DNA of 64,000 bases. Source: Acidobacteriota bacterium (GTDB lineage Bacteria; Acidobacteriota; Aminicenantia; Aminicenantales; UBA4085). Shown here piece after piece: positions 18,667 through 28,631 of this stretch. The position numbers and the translations under genes are program-made. The DNA lies in assembly GCA_028749235.1 (NCBI GenBank), contig JAQULS010000001.1:755-64754 (forward strand). Direction: 5' to 3'. Within the stretch, counting starts at the first letter, position 1. The number at the start of each line of letters is the position of its first letter. The notes below the pieces were generated by a model. The model was not told where the DNA came from. It made no database searches and was given only the letters and a program-made list of their open reading frames with translations.

Positions 18667-19167
18667 ATGCGGGTCCTCGGCCTCGACCCCAGCAGCCAAG
18701 CCACGGGCTATGGCCTTATTGAATCCGACGGCGGAGACGCCGTCGTCCTCGCCTACGGAGCCATCAAGCCCTCGCCCAAAGAAAGCCTCCCGGCCAAGCT
18801 CCTGCGCATTCGAACCGGCGTCGCCGAGATCATCGCCCGCCATCGCCCCGACGAAGTCGCCGTAGAGAATCCCTTCTTCGCCCGCAACGCCCGGACCGCG
18901 CTCATCTTGGGCCAGGTCCGGGGCGCGGTCCTCGTCGCGGTCGCCGAAGCGAGACTTCCGCTCGCCGAATACTCCGCCCTGGAGATCAAAAAGGCCGTGA
19001 CGGGCTACGGGCAGGCGGAAAAGAACCAGGTCGGGGTGATGATCCGGGCGCTGCTGCGGATCGAGGACCCGGCCATGAAAGAGGACGCCGCGGACGCCCT
19101 GGCCTGCGCCCTCTGCCATATGAACACGCGGCAGTTCCGGGCCAAGCTGGAAGAATCGGGCTTCTGA
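18667..19167 (+). CDS. ruvC: crossover junction endodeoxyribonuclease RuvC
   Basis: MRVLGLDPSSQATGYGLIE... is the RuvC catalytic N-terminus. 166 aa. Confidence 0.92.
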   Translation: MRVLGLDPSSQATGYGLIESDGGDAVVLAYGAIKPSPKESLPAKLLRIRTGVAEIIARHRPDEVAVENPFFARNARTALILGQVRGAVLVAVAEARLPLAEYSALEIKKAVTGYGQAEKNQVGVMIRALLRIEDPAMKEDAADALACALCHMNTRQFRAKLEESGF

Positions 19168-19251
19168 AGCTCCGGCCTCTCGCCTCGCCCTTGTATCCCG
19201 CCGGAAAACGAGCTAGCATTTGCTTATCTCTATAGCCGGGGGATACACCCC

Positions 19252-22200
19252 ATGGACGAACGAAGGAAGCCGAGTCGAATCCCAATGCGGACGGTGGCCG
19301 CCCTGCTGACGGCCGGCGGGATCCTCCTGGCTTTGGGCTGGTGGGTCGGGAAGACGAACGCCCGGCGGGAGGATTCCCAGATGCGCGCGAACCTGCTCCG
19401 CCAGGTGCAGGACATCGCCGGCAACATCAACTCCCAGCTCGCCAAGCGGCTCACCTTCACGGAGTGGGACAAGGACACGCCGGCTTACGAGGTCCTGTGT
19501 GAGCAGATGATCGCCTTCGGCCGTTCCATCCGGCAGCGCGGCATCTACAGCATGGCCCTGCGCGGCGGGAAGATCATCTTCGGGCCGGAGAACTACCCGA
19601 AAGGCGATCCCATGGCCAGCCCCCCGGGGACGGTCTACGATCAGCCCTCGCCGGAAAATTTCCGGATTTTTCAGGACAAGCGTCCGACGACGCTGGGCCC
19701 GGTGACGGACGAATACGGAACGTTCATCTCGGCCCTGGCGCCCGTCCTCGACCCACACAGCGGCGAAGTGCTGATGGTGGTCGGCCTGGACATCCTGGCC
19801 GGCGAATGGCAGGCCCGGCTCCGCGCCGTTCGGCGCGCCCCGCTCCCGGCCGTCATACTGCTGGCACTTCTGCTGGCGGGAGGCGTCTTCGTCTACCGTC
19901 ATTATACCCGGCTGGCGCGGCCGGACACGACCAAATTCAAGACCTGGGTCATCGTACCCGCCGCCTTGACGGTGGCGGCCGCCATGGCCATCTACGCGGC
20001 GAGCGCGTACCAGCAGTACCGGCAGGGGGCCCGGCAAGCCGCGCGGGGCGGCGCCGAGCGGCTCCGGGCCGAATGGTCCCGGACCCTGCGCAACGAAGCC
20101 CGGCTTCTCAAGGCTCAAATCGACGCGATCTCCGTCCGGCCTGATCTCCAGCGGGCTTGGCGGGATAAAAACCGCACCGTCTTGACCGACCTGGTCCGAT
20201 CCTCCTTCGACCGGCTGAATCTCGATTACAACATCACCCAGTTCAACTTCATTGCCCTGGACCGGACCATGTTCCTCCGGGTTCATCGCCCCGGCCGCCA
20301 AGGCGACGTTATCGCCCGGTCCACGCTGAACACGGCCGTCCGGACGGATGAAGACGCCTGGGGCATTGAAACGGACGCCGCCGGCGTCTTCACTCTCCGC
20401 TACGTGAAGCCTTGGAAACAGGCGGATCGGACGCTCGGATACCTGGAGCTGGTTTTGGAGGCCGGCTCCTTGGCCGAGCGCCTGGCCCGCGACATGAGAC
20501 TGGATCTCCTGGTCGTCGTCCGAAAACGGTTCACGCCGCGTGAAAAGTATGAGGAGGAGCGCCGTCTTCTCGGATTGACCGAGAGCTGGGACACCTACGC
20601 CGACTTCGCCGTGATCAATCGGACGACCAAGGACATCCCGCCGGAAGTCGCGCAGCGGCTGAACCGGGACTCCGGAGCGACCGACGCCATCGAGATCTTC
20701 GACGCCCGGCTGGGCGACAAGCGCCTGGCCTGCGGTGTGGTCCGCCTGGACGATGCAGCCGGCCGGAACGTGACCGACTTCATCGTCATGGGCGATGTGA
20801 CCGCCGAAGCCGGGGCGGCCAGCAGCTCCCTTATGCTGAACCTGGGTTTCATGATCGCGCTGTTCGGCGGCGTCCTGGCTCTGATCTGGTCGATTACCTC
20901 GGCGGCGGAGCGCCGGCTCGGAACGGCCCTGGTCCGGATCAAGGAGAACGAGTCGCGGACGCGGGCCTTGACCAATGCGGCCCAGGACGCGATCATGACG
21001 ATGGACCCGGAAGGCCGTATTTCCTTCTGGAACCCGGCCGCCGAAAGGATCCTGGGCTACTCTAAGCAGGAGGCCATCGGCCGCGTTCTTCATGATTTTA
21101 TCGTCCCAGATCCTTTTCGGGATACGCACCGGGCGGCCTATCCGGCCTTTCTCGAGACGGGACAGGGTGCCATCGTCGGGAAAACCCTCGACCTCGAGGC
21201 GCTCCGCAAAGACGGCCGGACGATCGACGTCCAGATGTCTCTCTCGGCGGTCCACCAGAACGAAGGCTGGAACGCCATCGGCATCCTGCGCGACATCACC
21301 GACCGCAAGCGGGCGGAAGAGGGCCTGCGCGAGAGCAACCGCCGGCTGGAGGCGGCCACGGCCCGGGCCAAGGAGCTGGCCGCCCAAGCCGAGGCCGCCA
21401 ACCGGGCCAAGAGCGAATTCCTGGCCAACATGAGTCACGAGATCCGGACCCCCATGAACGGCATCATCGGCATGACCGGCCTTCTTTTGGACACGGACCT
21501 GACCCCCGAGCAGCGCCAGTTCGCCCAGATCGTCCGCGGCAGCGGCGAGGCCTTGCTGGCGCTGATCAACGACATCCTCGATTTTTCCAAGATCGAGGCG
21601 CACAAGATGGAGCTTGAGACGCTCGACTTCGACCTCCGCGCCGTCATGGAAGACACGGCCGAGCTGTTGGCCGTCAAAGCCCACCCCAAGGGACTGGACC
21701 TCATCAGCCGGATCGACCCCGACGTGCCCGTCTTCCTGCGGGGCGATCCGGGGCGCCTCCGGCAGATCATCACCAACCTGGGCGACAACGCCATCAAGTT
21801 CACGGCCCGCGGCGAAGTCTCGATCCGCGTCAGCCTGCAATCCGAGAGCGAGAAGCGGGCCCTGGTGCGCTTCGCCGTGACGGATACGGGCATCGGCATT
21901 CCCCGGGACAAGCAGGCCAAGCTGTTCTCCCCCTTCACCCAGGTGGACGGATCCACGACCCGCAAATACGGCGGCACGGGCCTGGGCCTGGCCATCTCCA
22001 AGCAGATCGCCGAAATGATGGGCGGGACGATCGCTCTGGACAGCGAGGAAGGCCGGGGCTCTTCCTTCTGGCTAACCGCCGACTTCGAAAAGCGGGCCGG
22101 CCCGCCGGCCGCGAAGCCGCAAGCCGCCGGCATCCCGGCCGGAGCGCGCATCCTGGTCGTCGACGACAACGCCACCAACCGCCTGCTGGTGAAAGCCTGG

Positions 22201-23394
22201 TTGAAAAAATGGGGGTGCCGCTTCGATGAGGCGGTGGACGGTCCGGCGGCGCTGGCCCTTTTGGAAAAAGGCGTTCAGGAGGGGGACCCCTATCTGGCCG
22301 CCCTCGTGGACGCCCTCATGCCGGGCATGGACGGCTGGGAATTGGGGCGCCGGATCAACGAGAGCCCGGCGCTCCGCGGGACGCACCTGATCATGATGAC
22401 CTCCATGGGAGGTCCGGGCGAGTCCAGGCCTCTGGCCGGCGCAGGCTTCACCCGCTGCCTGGCCAAGCCTCTGCGCCCTGCCCTGCTCCGGGAAAGCCTG
22501 GCCCGCGTCCTGGGCAGCCCGGAAACGGCCGCCAGGGCTGGCGGCCCGGCGCCGGCCGCAGTCAAGAGGTCCGGCCGCATCCTTCTGGCCGAGGACAACG
22601 CCACCAACCAGATCGTCGCTTTGAAAATCCTGGAGAAGCTGGGCTACCGGGCCGAAGCCGTGGCCAACGGCCGGGAGGCCGTCGAAGCCCTACGGACCAT
22701 ACCTTACGATGTCGTGCTGATGGACTGCCAGATGCCGGAGATGGACGGCTTCGAAGCCACCCGCCGGATCCGCGAGCTCGGACCCGATGCCCCGGCGTCC
22801 CGCGTTCCCATCATCGCCATGACCGCCCACGCCATGAAGGGCGACCGGGAAAAATGCCTGGCGGCGGGAATGGACGACTACCTGAGCAAACCGGTTCGGC
22901 CGGAAGAACTGGCCGCCGTCCTGGAGCACTGGCTCAACCGGCCCGAGACGGATTCTCCGACCGAGGCGTCCGCTCCGGCCGCGGCCCCCGCGCCCGCGGC
23001 GGATTCCGCCTCCCCCGACGTCCCGGTCTTCGACAAGGCCGGCTTCCTGGCCCGTCTTTCGGGCGACGAGGAACTGGCCCGGACGATCTCCGGGGTTTTC
23101 CAGTCCGACATGCCCGCCCAGATCGAGCAGTTGGCGGCCCTTGTCGCCGCCGGCGACGGCACGGCGGCCGGGAGGCAGGCGCATAAGATCAAGGGCGCCG
23201 CGGCCGGAGTGGGCGGCGAAGCCATGCGGGCGACGGCCTTCGAAATGGAGAAGGCCGGTCAAGCCGGGCGGCTCGACGACCTGCGGATCCTTCTGCCCGA
23301 GCTGGAAGCCCGCTATGCCCGGCTCCGCGAAGCAATGGACAAGGATCTCGGAAGCGGCGGGACGCCACCGGAAGGATCCACATGCGCATCCTGA
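19252..23394 (+). CDS. hybrid sensor histidine kinase/response regulator. Predicted 4 TM helices enclosing two extracytoplasmic domains, followed by PAS, HisKA, HATPase_c, two REC domains and a C-terminal HPt domain
   Basis: TM segments near aa 13-33, 197-217, 232-252 and 527-547. PAS (MTMDPEGRISFWNPAAERILGYSK), H-box LANMSHEIRTPMNGI and G-boxes (DTGIGIP, GGTGLGLAI). REC domains with LVDALMPGMDG and VVLMDCQMPEMDG. HPt with QAHKIKGAAAGVGG. Confidence 0.88.
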   Translation: MDERRKPSRIPMRTVAALLTAGGILLALGWWVGKTNARREDSQMRANLLRQVQDIAGNINSQLAKRLTFTEWDKDTPAYEVLCEQMIAFGRSIRQRGIYSMALRGGKIIFGPENYPKGDPMASPPGTVYDQPSPENFRIFQDKRPTTLGPVTDEYGTFISALAPVLDPHSGEVLMVVGLDILAGEWQARLRAVRRAPLPAVILLALLLAGGVFVYRHYTRLARPDTTKFKTWVIVPAALTVAAAMAIYAASAYQQYRQGARQAARGGAERLRAEWSRTLRNEARLLKAQIDAISVRPDLQRAWRDKNRTVLTDLVRSSFDRLNLDYNITQFNFIALDRTMFLRVHRPGRQGDVIARSTLNTAVRTDEDAWGIETDAAGVFTLRYVKPWKQADRTLGYLELVLEAGSLAERLARDMRLDLLVVVRKRFTPREKYEEERRLLGLTESWDTYADFAVINRTTKDIPPEVAQRLNRDSGATDAIEIFDARLGDKRLACGVVRLDDAAGRNVTDFIVMGDVTAEAGAASSSLMLNLGFMIALFGGVLALIWSITSAAERRLGTALVRIKENESRTRALTNAAQDAIMTMDPEGRISFWNPAAERILGYSKQEAIGRVLHDFIVPDPFRDTHRAAYPAFLETGQGAIVGKTLDLEALRKDGRTIDVQMSLSAVHQNEGWNAIGILRDITDRKRAEEGLRESNRRLEAATARAKELAAQAEAANRAKSEFLANMSHEIRTPMNGIIGMTGLLLDTDLTPEQRQFAQIVRGSGEALLALINDILDFSKIEAHKMELETLDFDLRAVMEDTAELLAVKAHPKGLDLISRIDPDVPVFLRGDPGRLRQIITNLGDNAIKFTARGEVSIRVSLQSESEKRALVRFAVTDTGIGIPRDKQAKLFSPFTQVDGSTTRKYGGTGLGLAISKQIAEMMGGTIALDSEEGRGSSFWLTADFEKRAGPPAAKPQAAGIPAGARILVVDDNATNRLLVKAWLKKWGCRFDEAVDGPAALALLEKGVQEGDPYLAALVDALMPGMDGWELGRRINESPALRGTHLIMMTSMGGPGESRPLAGAGFTRCLAKPLRPALLRESLARVLGSPETAARAGGPAPAAVKRSGRILLAEDNATNQIVALKILEKLGYRAEAVANGREAVEALRTIPYDVVLMDCQMPEMDGFEATRRIRELGPDAPASRVPIIAMTAHAMKGDREKCLAAGMDDYLSKPVRPEELAAVLEHWLNRPETDSPTEASAPAAAPAPAADSASPDVPVFDKAGFLARLSGDEELARTISGVFQSDMPAQIEQLAALVAAGDGTAAGRQAHKIKGAAAGVGGEAMRATAFEMEKAGQAGRLDDLRILLPELEARYARLREAMDKDLGSGGTPPEGSTCAS

Positions 23395-24314
23395 TCGCCG
23401 AAGACGATTTTACGTCGCGGGCCATGCTCACGGCAACGCTCCGGAAATGGGGCTTCGAGACGGCCGCGGCCCAGGACGGCGCCGAGGCCTGGCGGATGAT
23501 CCGGCAGCCGGGCGCCCCCAAATTGATCCTCCTCGACTGGAACATGCCGGAGATGGACGGCTTGGAAGTCATCCGCCGGATGCGGGCCGAGGAGACCGAG
23601 GAGCCTCCCTACGTCATCCTGCTGACATCCAAAGGCGAGAAAGAAAGCCTGGTCGCCGGCTTGAACAGCGGGGCCAACGACTACATCGTCAAGCCCTACG
23701 ACGCCGAGGAATTGCTGGCCCGGATCCGCGTCGGCCAGCGGATGGTGGAGATGCAGACCGGATTGGCCCAAGCCCGCCGGGATCTGGCCTATCAGGCCAT
23801 GCACGACGTTCTGACGGGAGTCTATAACCGCCGGGCCATCATGGAGGCGCTGAACCGGGAAATCGCCCGAACCGGCCGGGGAGGCGGCCCCTTGGCCGTC
23901 GGAGTCGGCGATATCGATCATTTCAAGCTCGTCAACGACCGGTATGGTCACGCCGTGGGCGACGAAATCCTGTGCGCGATCGTCCGCCGGCTGGAAAACG
24001 GCCTGCGGGCCTACGATCTTCTGGGCCGCTGGGGCGGCGAGGAGTTCCTGATCCTCGCCCCGGGCTGCCCGGTCGAGGAAGCCTATAAGCTGTTCGACCG
24101 CCTTCGGGCATCCATCTCGGCCGAACCGATTCCCACCAAGGCCGGACCGATTCCCGTCACGATCAGTCTCGGAGTGGCCGTTGGAGACGGAAGCCAGGCG
24201 GGCGCGGATCTCTTCGCCGCCGCGGACGCGGCCGTGTACCGGGCCAAGGACGAGGGCCGGAACCGCGTCTGCCTCTCCGTTGGGACCGGCCCGACGGATG
24301 CGGGCGCCGCTTGA
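23382..24314 (+). CDS. response regulator with GGDEF diguanylate cyclase output domain (PleD/WspR-like)
   Basis: REC domain (ILLDWNMPEMDG). GGEEF active-site motif preceded by an RxxD I-site (RAYDLLGRWGGEEF). Overlaps the kinase gene by 13 nt. Confidence 0.88.
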   Translation: MRILIAEDDFTSRAMLTATLRKWGFETAAAQDGAEAWRMIRQPGAPKLILLDWNMPEMDGLEVIRRMRAEETEEPPYVILLTSKGEKESLVAGLNSGANDYIVKPYDAEELLARIRVGQRMVEMQTGLAQARRDLAYQAMHDVLTGVYNRRAIMEALNREIARTGRGGGPLAVGVGDIDHFKLVNDRYGHAVGDEILCAIVRRLENGLRAYDLLGRWGGEEFLILAPGCPVEEAYKLFDRLRASISAEPIPTKAGPIPVTISLGVAVGDGSQAGADLFAAADAAVYRAKDEGRNRVCLSVGTGPTDAGAA

Positions 24315-24323
24315 GCGGCGGAT

Positions 24324-24421
24324 AATAAACCCGTTCGATACCCCGGGCTTTGTAGGGTTAATACTGAGCGGCGCTTATAACCCCGATTTGAAAATCGGGA
24401 TTTGACGCCGCGAATGTATCA
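24324..24421. repeat. intergenic repeat element family 1, copy B
   Basis: Near-identical to 11015-11116 over about 100 nt. The right arm of the inverted repeat is degenerate here (atcgggatttgacgcc). The last three nt (tca) form the TGA stop of ychF. Confidence 0.75.
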
Positions 24422-25501
24422 GACGGCGAACCGGAAGTTGATGATGTCGCCGTCGCGGACGGGATAATCCTTGCCCTCCAAGCGCAGCGTCCCGTTCGAC
24501 TTGCATACCTGCATGTCGCCCGCGGCCTCGAAGTCCGCATAAGCCGTGACCTCGGCCCGGATGAAGCCGCGCTCGATATCGGAATGAATGGCTCCCGCTG
24601 CCCGCACGGCGGGCGTACCGGCCCGGATCGTCCAGGCCTTGACCTCGTCGGGGCCCACGGTGAAGAAGGACACCAGTCCCATCAGACCGTAAGCCGTGGC
24701 GATCAGCTTGGCCCGGGCCGGCCGCTCGATCCCGTAGTCCTGCAGGAAGCGCCGCGCGTCCTCCTCGGACAGTTGACGGATCTCCATCTCCAGCCGGGCC
24801 GAAAGGGCGATGACGGCCGAAGACCCGCCGGCCAGCCAAGGCCGGAAGAGATGAAGCGCTTCGGCTTCGTTGGAAATATCGTTCTCATCCAGGTTCAGGG
24901 CCACGATGAGCGGCTTAAGAGTCAGAAAACGGTAGGACCGCAGAAGGAGATCCTCGTCCGGCGTCAGGCCCGCCCGGCGGAGCGGCGTTTCGGCCTCCAG
25001 GAAGGTCCGGCACCGCTCCAGGGCGGCCCGTTCCCGGACGTCGCGGTCGGACTTTTTGGCCGCGATCTGCTTGACCAGCCGCTCCAGCCGGCTCTCGATG
25101 ATCGCCAGATCGGCCAGGAGAAGCTCCGATTCGATATGGCGCAGGTCGCGCAGGGCGTCGACGGTCTCGAGCGGATGAGCGACGGTCGGATCGCGGAAAG
25201 CCCGGACGACGGCGAGCAGGGCGTCCGCGACGCGGAGCTTGCCCAGGGCCTGCTCGGTGAACGCGGCCTTGCCCGGCTCGCTCGAGGTCAGCCCCGCCAG
25301 CTCGCTGAACTCGATCGCGGCCAGGGTCTTCTTTTTGGGCTTGTAGACGGACGCCAGCATCTCGACCCGGGCATCCGGGACCTTGACCACGGCTACGGGC
25401 TCGGCCCCCTTGGCCGCGGCGGCTTCGGGATCCAGCCCCGTCAGCGCGCCGAACAGGGAGGATTTGCCGGATCGGGGCAATCCGATGAGACAGATGTTCA
25501 C
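24419..25501 (-). CDS. ychF: YchF/OLA1-like redox-regulated ATPase (Obg family GTPase fold with C-terminal TGS domain)
   Basis: P-loop GLPRSGKSSLFGALTG. Length about 360 aa. C-terminal TGS-like ...DGDIINFRFAV. GTG start at 25501. Confidence 0.75.
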   Translation of the reverse strand: MNICLIGLPRSGKSSLFGALTGLDPEAAAAKGAEPVAVVKVPDARVEMLASVYKPKKKTLAAIEFSELAGLTSSEPGKAAFTEQALGKLRVADALLAVVRAFRDPTVAHPLETVDALRDLRHIESELLLADLAIIESRLERLVKQIAAKKSDRDVRERAALERCRTFLEAETPLRRAGLTPDEDLLLRSYRFLTLKPLIVALNLDENDISNEAEALHLFRPWLAGGSSAVIALSARLEMEIRQLSEEDARRFLQDYGIERPARAKLIATAYGLMGLVSFFTVGPDEVKAWTIRAGTPAVRAAGAIHSDIERGFIRAEVTAYADFEAAGDMQVCKSNGTLRLEGKDYPVRDGDIINFRFAV

Positions 25502-25604
25502 GTTCGTTTCCTTCGGGGGATGAGCGATCGGTAAAAGAAATCTTAGCGCATCCGGGCCCGGAACGCAAACCGGCCCGGACCGCCCGCGGCCCGGTGCGGA
25601 ACGA

Positions 25605-27899
25605 TCAACGGACGACGATTTCGTCGACGAAGATCCAGGCCGCGCCGCCGGCCGAGGCGTGCCAGTCCGGGTTGGTTTTCATCCCCTCGACTTGAAGCCG
25701 TATGAAGCGCGGGCCGGCCGGCGCGACCGTCCACTCGAAGACGCGGACCGTCTCTTCCCGCCGCTGATCGCCGTCGATGATGACGGCGCCCACGGGACGC
25801 CAAGCCGTTCCGTCCGCGGACGCTTCGCACGTCACCCGGCGGGGATGAAAGATCCAGCTCTTGGGGTCGTAAAGCGTGCTGACGGCGATCGTCCGGGCAT
25901 CGCGCCCTTCGCCCAGGTCCAGAACGAGGCTGAAGTCGGTCCCCTCCCAGCCGAGCCAATGGACCTTGAAATCCCCGGCCCCGCGCACGCCGTCGGTGAG
26001 AAGAGCCAAGTCGCCCCGGCCGTACTTGGCCGCCGGCGGCGGATCGGCCGCGACGGGCCGACGGAAGGCCCGGTTGCCCTCGACCTGGACGTCGATGAAG
26101 CGACGGCCGGCATCGTAATAGTCCTTGGGAGTCAGGCCCGATTCATTGAGAGCCCGGACGCCGGCATCCAGGCAGCCCGTGTAAAAACGCTCCAGCAGGC
26201 GCGCCTTCTCCGGCCGCAAAATGAACCGGCCCTCCGTTTCGTCGTAGAATCCGCGCGGCCCGAACAGCTCGGCTTTTCCGATTTCGATCTCGGCGTAGAG
26301 GAACGGGAGCCGGGCCGAACGGACGCGGCGGAGCCGTTCGGGATCGGAGGCGACGGCCGTCTCAGCCAGGTCGAAGGCGGCGGCATAAGCGGCCAGGCGC
26401 TCGGCGGACAGGAAATCATCGGCGTGGGCGTTGGGCGGCTCGTAGATGCCCAGGTCCGTGCCCGAGGCGGCCAGGGACTCCCGGGCCGAGTCGATGACAC
26501 TTCGGATGAAAGGCGCGGCCGCCCCGTAATAGCCGGCCAGAAAATCGTTGACGGCCGCATCGACGTCCCGTTCGGGATTCCAGAGAAGCTTGGCCAGGAG
26601 CCAGCTCTTGAGCTCGGAGAGATCGTGCCCCGGCGAGGTGTTGGTCTGCTGGAAGTGCCGACGGATGCCGTAACCCGAGAAGAAGCGCAGGTTGGGCCGC
26701 AGGACATGAAGGTTGGGAAAAGGCGAGACTTGGTGGGCGAAATCGACGGTGTAGTCCCAGAGGTAGATGTTCTTGGTCAGCCGGCTCCAGTCCCCGATGT
26801 CCCGGACGAAGGAGGCGCTCGCGGGATCCTCGACGATGGGCCGGCTGCGGTTGAGCTCGATCGTGCAGAGCATGATCTGGACATTATCCGCCGGCCTGGT
26901 CAGACGGGGCGCGGGCCGGGAGAATTGATAGGCCAGGGTGGAAATGACCTTATCCGGAAAGCGGGAGGCCAGCCTGTTGACCAGGCGGAGGATCGGCCCG
27001 GCAGGCGAGCCCTCCTCGGCGATGATTTTTTCGCACTCCGGGCAGCGGCAATAAGTGGAATTGTCGTTCTGGCTGACCGACCAGACTCGCTTATCCGGCT
27101 GGGCGGCCATTTCCTTCGCCAGCCGGGCGGCAAGGATGTCGAAGACCTCGGGCCGCGAGGGGCAAAGCTGATCCGCGGTCCGCCGGCCGTTGACCAGGGC
27201 GAAATATTCCGGATGGTCCGCGAAATATTCATCGCGGGGAAGCAAACGGCCGAAGGAGTGGACATAGTAGCCGCGGGCGAATATCTCGTCCGTTTCGTTG
27301 AGCCTCATCCAGTCCCGATAGTCGGCGTCCTGGATGAATTCGCCGTTGACGCAGCGGAAATCGTTGGCCGGGTTGTCCCGATCGAAGACCCGGGGAAGAA
27401 ACAGCGACTCCGAGGCCGGGAAGAAATCGGCCGTGGGGCTGTACTTCCGGCAGCCGAGATATTTTTCGAGCAGATGAACGACGCCATAGATCGAGCCTTT
27501 GCCGCCGCCCGAGACGATGTAGACGGCCCGCTTCGAGACGACGGCCAGGAAGCCGTCCGGATGCAGTCCGGCGTATTGGGACCGGAAGGAGTCCGGGTAG
27601 ACGGATCGGGCGAACCCGAGCCAGACTTCTCCCTCCCGGACGGGGCGGGATTTTTCCACCACGGGCAGGACGGTCCCCGTCATCCGCCGCACGGCCTCCC
27701 GCAGGATTTCGGCCGCCCGGCGGTCGGCTGGAGCCGCTTCGGACGGCAGGACGATCGAACAGGCGGGCCGGCCGTCCCGGACCAGGGGGAATCCGTCCCC
27801 GGCGGGCGAAACGGAAAACCCGCCCGCAAAGGAGAAGGGCGCGGCCAGAGCCGCCAGGATCAAGACGGCGGCCGGGCGGAATCGCCTGGGCTTCGTCAT
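25605..27899 (-). CDS. secreted glycoside-hydrolase-like protein (DUF4838-like catalytic region) with C-terminal F5/8 type C (discoidin) carbohydrate-binding domain
   Basis: Signal peptide MTKPRRFRPAAVLILAALAAPFSFA. 764 aa. C-terminal discoidin-like segment (...KVHWLGWEGTDFSLVLDLGEGRDARTIAV...). Family assignment is by recollection of architecture, not search. Confidence 0.6.
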   Translation of the reverse strand: MTKPRRFRPAAVLILAALAAPFSFAGGFSVSPAGDGFPLVRDGRPACSIVLPSEAAPADRRAAEILREAVRRMTGTVLPVVEKSRPVREGEVWLGFARSVYPDSFRSQYAGLHPDGFLAVVSKRAVYIVSGGGKGSIYGVVHLLEKYLGCRKYSPTADFFPASESLFLPRVFDRDNPANDFRCVNGEFIQDADYRDWMRLNETDEIFARGYYVHSFGRLLPRDEYFADHPEYFALVNGRRTADQLCPSRPEVFDILAARLAKEMAAQPDKRVWSVSQNDNSTYCRCPECEKIIAEEGSPAGPILRLVNRLASRFPDKVISTLAYQFSRPAPRLTRPADNVQIMLCTIELNRSRPIVEDPASASFVRDIGDWSRLTKNIYLWDYTVDFAHQVSPFPNLHVLRPNLRFFSGYGIRRHFQQTNTSPGHDLSELKSWLLAKLLWNPERDVDAAVNDFLAGYYGAAAPFIRSVIDSARESLAASGTDLGIYEPPNAHADDFLSAERLAAYAAAFDLAETAVASDPERLRRVRSARLPFLYAEIEIGKAELFGPRGFYDETEGRFILRPEKARLLERFYTGCLDAGVRALNESGLTPKDYYDAGRRFIDVQVEGNRAFRRPVAADPPPAAKYGRGDLALLTDGVRGAGDFKVHWLGWEGTDFSLVLDLGEGRDARTIAVSTLYDPKSWIFHPRRVTCEASADGTAWRPVGAVIIDGDQRREETVRVFEWTVAPAGPRFIRLQVEGMKTNPDWHASAGGAAWIFVDEIVVR

Positions 27900-28040
27900 C
27901 GGCCTCCTCCATGGCGCGGGCCGGGAATATGAGATCTATGTATTCGATTTCACCCGCCGGGTCAATCTCTTCGGGTCCCGCCCGGAGCGGCGCCGGGTCT
28001 TTTGCTTTCCCGGCGGGCTTTGGTCTACAATGCTCGCGGT

Positions 28041-28631
28041 ATGATCGCGCACCTCAAGGGAACCCTCCTTCGTAAGGAACCGCACCAGGTGGTGATCGAC
28101 TGCCAGGGCGTCGGCTACGCCGCCGGGATCCCCCTCTCCACGTATTTCAAGCTGGGCGAAGAAGGCTCGCCGGTCGAGCTTCTCATCCATACCCACCTGA
28201 CCGACACTTCGCTCTCGCTCTACGGCTTCGCGACGCCGGAGGAAAAGGAGCTCTTTCTCAAGCTCATCGGCATCTCCGGCATCGGGCCCAAGCTGGCCAT
28301 CGCCGTCCTGTCCGGGATGGGGACGGAGGAGCTGGCCGAGGCCGTCCGGGCCTCCGACGTGGCCCGCCTGACCCGGGTTCCCGGCATCGGCAAGAAGACG
28401 GCCCTGCGCATCGCCATGGAGCTGGCCGACAAGCTGGAGAAAAAGGAGAGCCTGCTGCGCGGCGCGGCGTCCCAGGAGACCGAGGACCTCGTCTCGGCCC
28501 TGCTCAACCTCGGCTTCCGCCGCAAGGAGATCGAGGAGGTCGTGCAGGAGACCGTGCGGGCTCACCGCGGCAAGGACGAAGGCTTTGAGAAGATGCTGCG
28601 CGAATGCCTGAAGAAACTGGCCAGGCTGTGA
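28041..28631 (+). CDS. ruvA: Holliday junction branch migration complex subunit RuvA
   Basis: MIAHLKGTL... and two HhH motifs (LIGISGIGPKLAIAVL, LTRVPGIGKKTALRI). Confidence 0.9.
   Translation: MIAHLKGTLLRKEPHQVVIDCQGVGYAAGIPLSTYFKLGEEGSPVELLIHTHLTDTSLSLYGFATPEEKELFLKLIGISGIGPKLAIAVLSGMGTEELAEAVRASDVARLTRVPGIGKKTALRIAMELADKLEKKESLLRGAASQETEDLVSALLNLGFRRKEIEEVVQETVRAHRGKDEGFEKMLRECLKKLARL

Noticed and set aside
19213-21840. 875-aa minus-strand ORF
   Set aside because: Antisense to the hybrid histidine kinase. No domain signatures.
25659-27932. 757-aa + strand ORF
   Set aside because: Antisense to the secreted discoidin-domain hydrolase-like gene, which has a signal peptide and a recognisable C-terminal domain.
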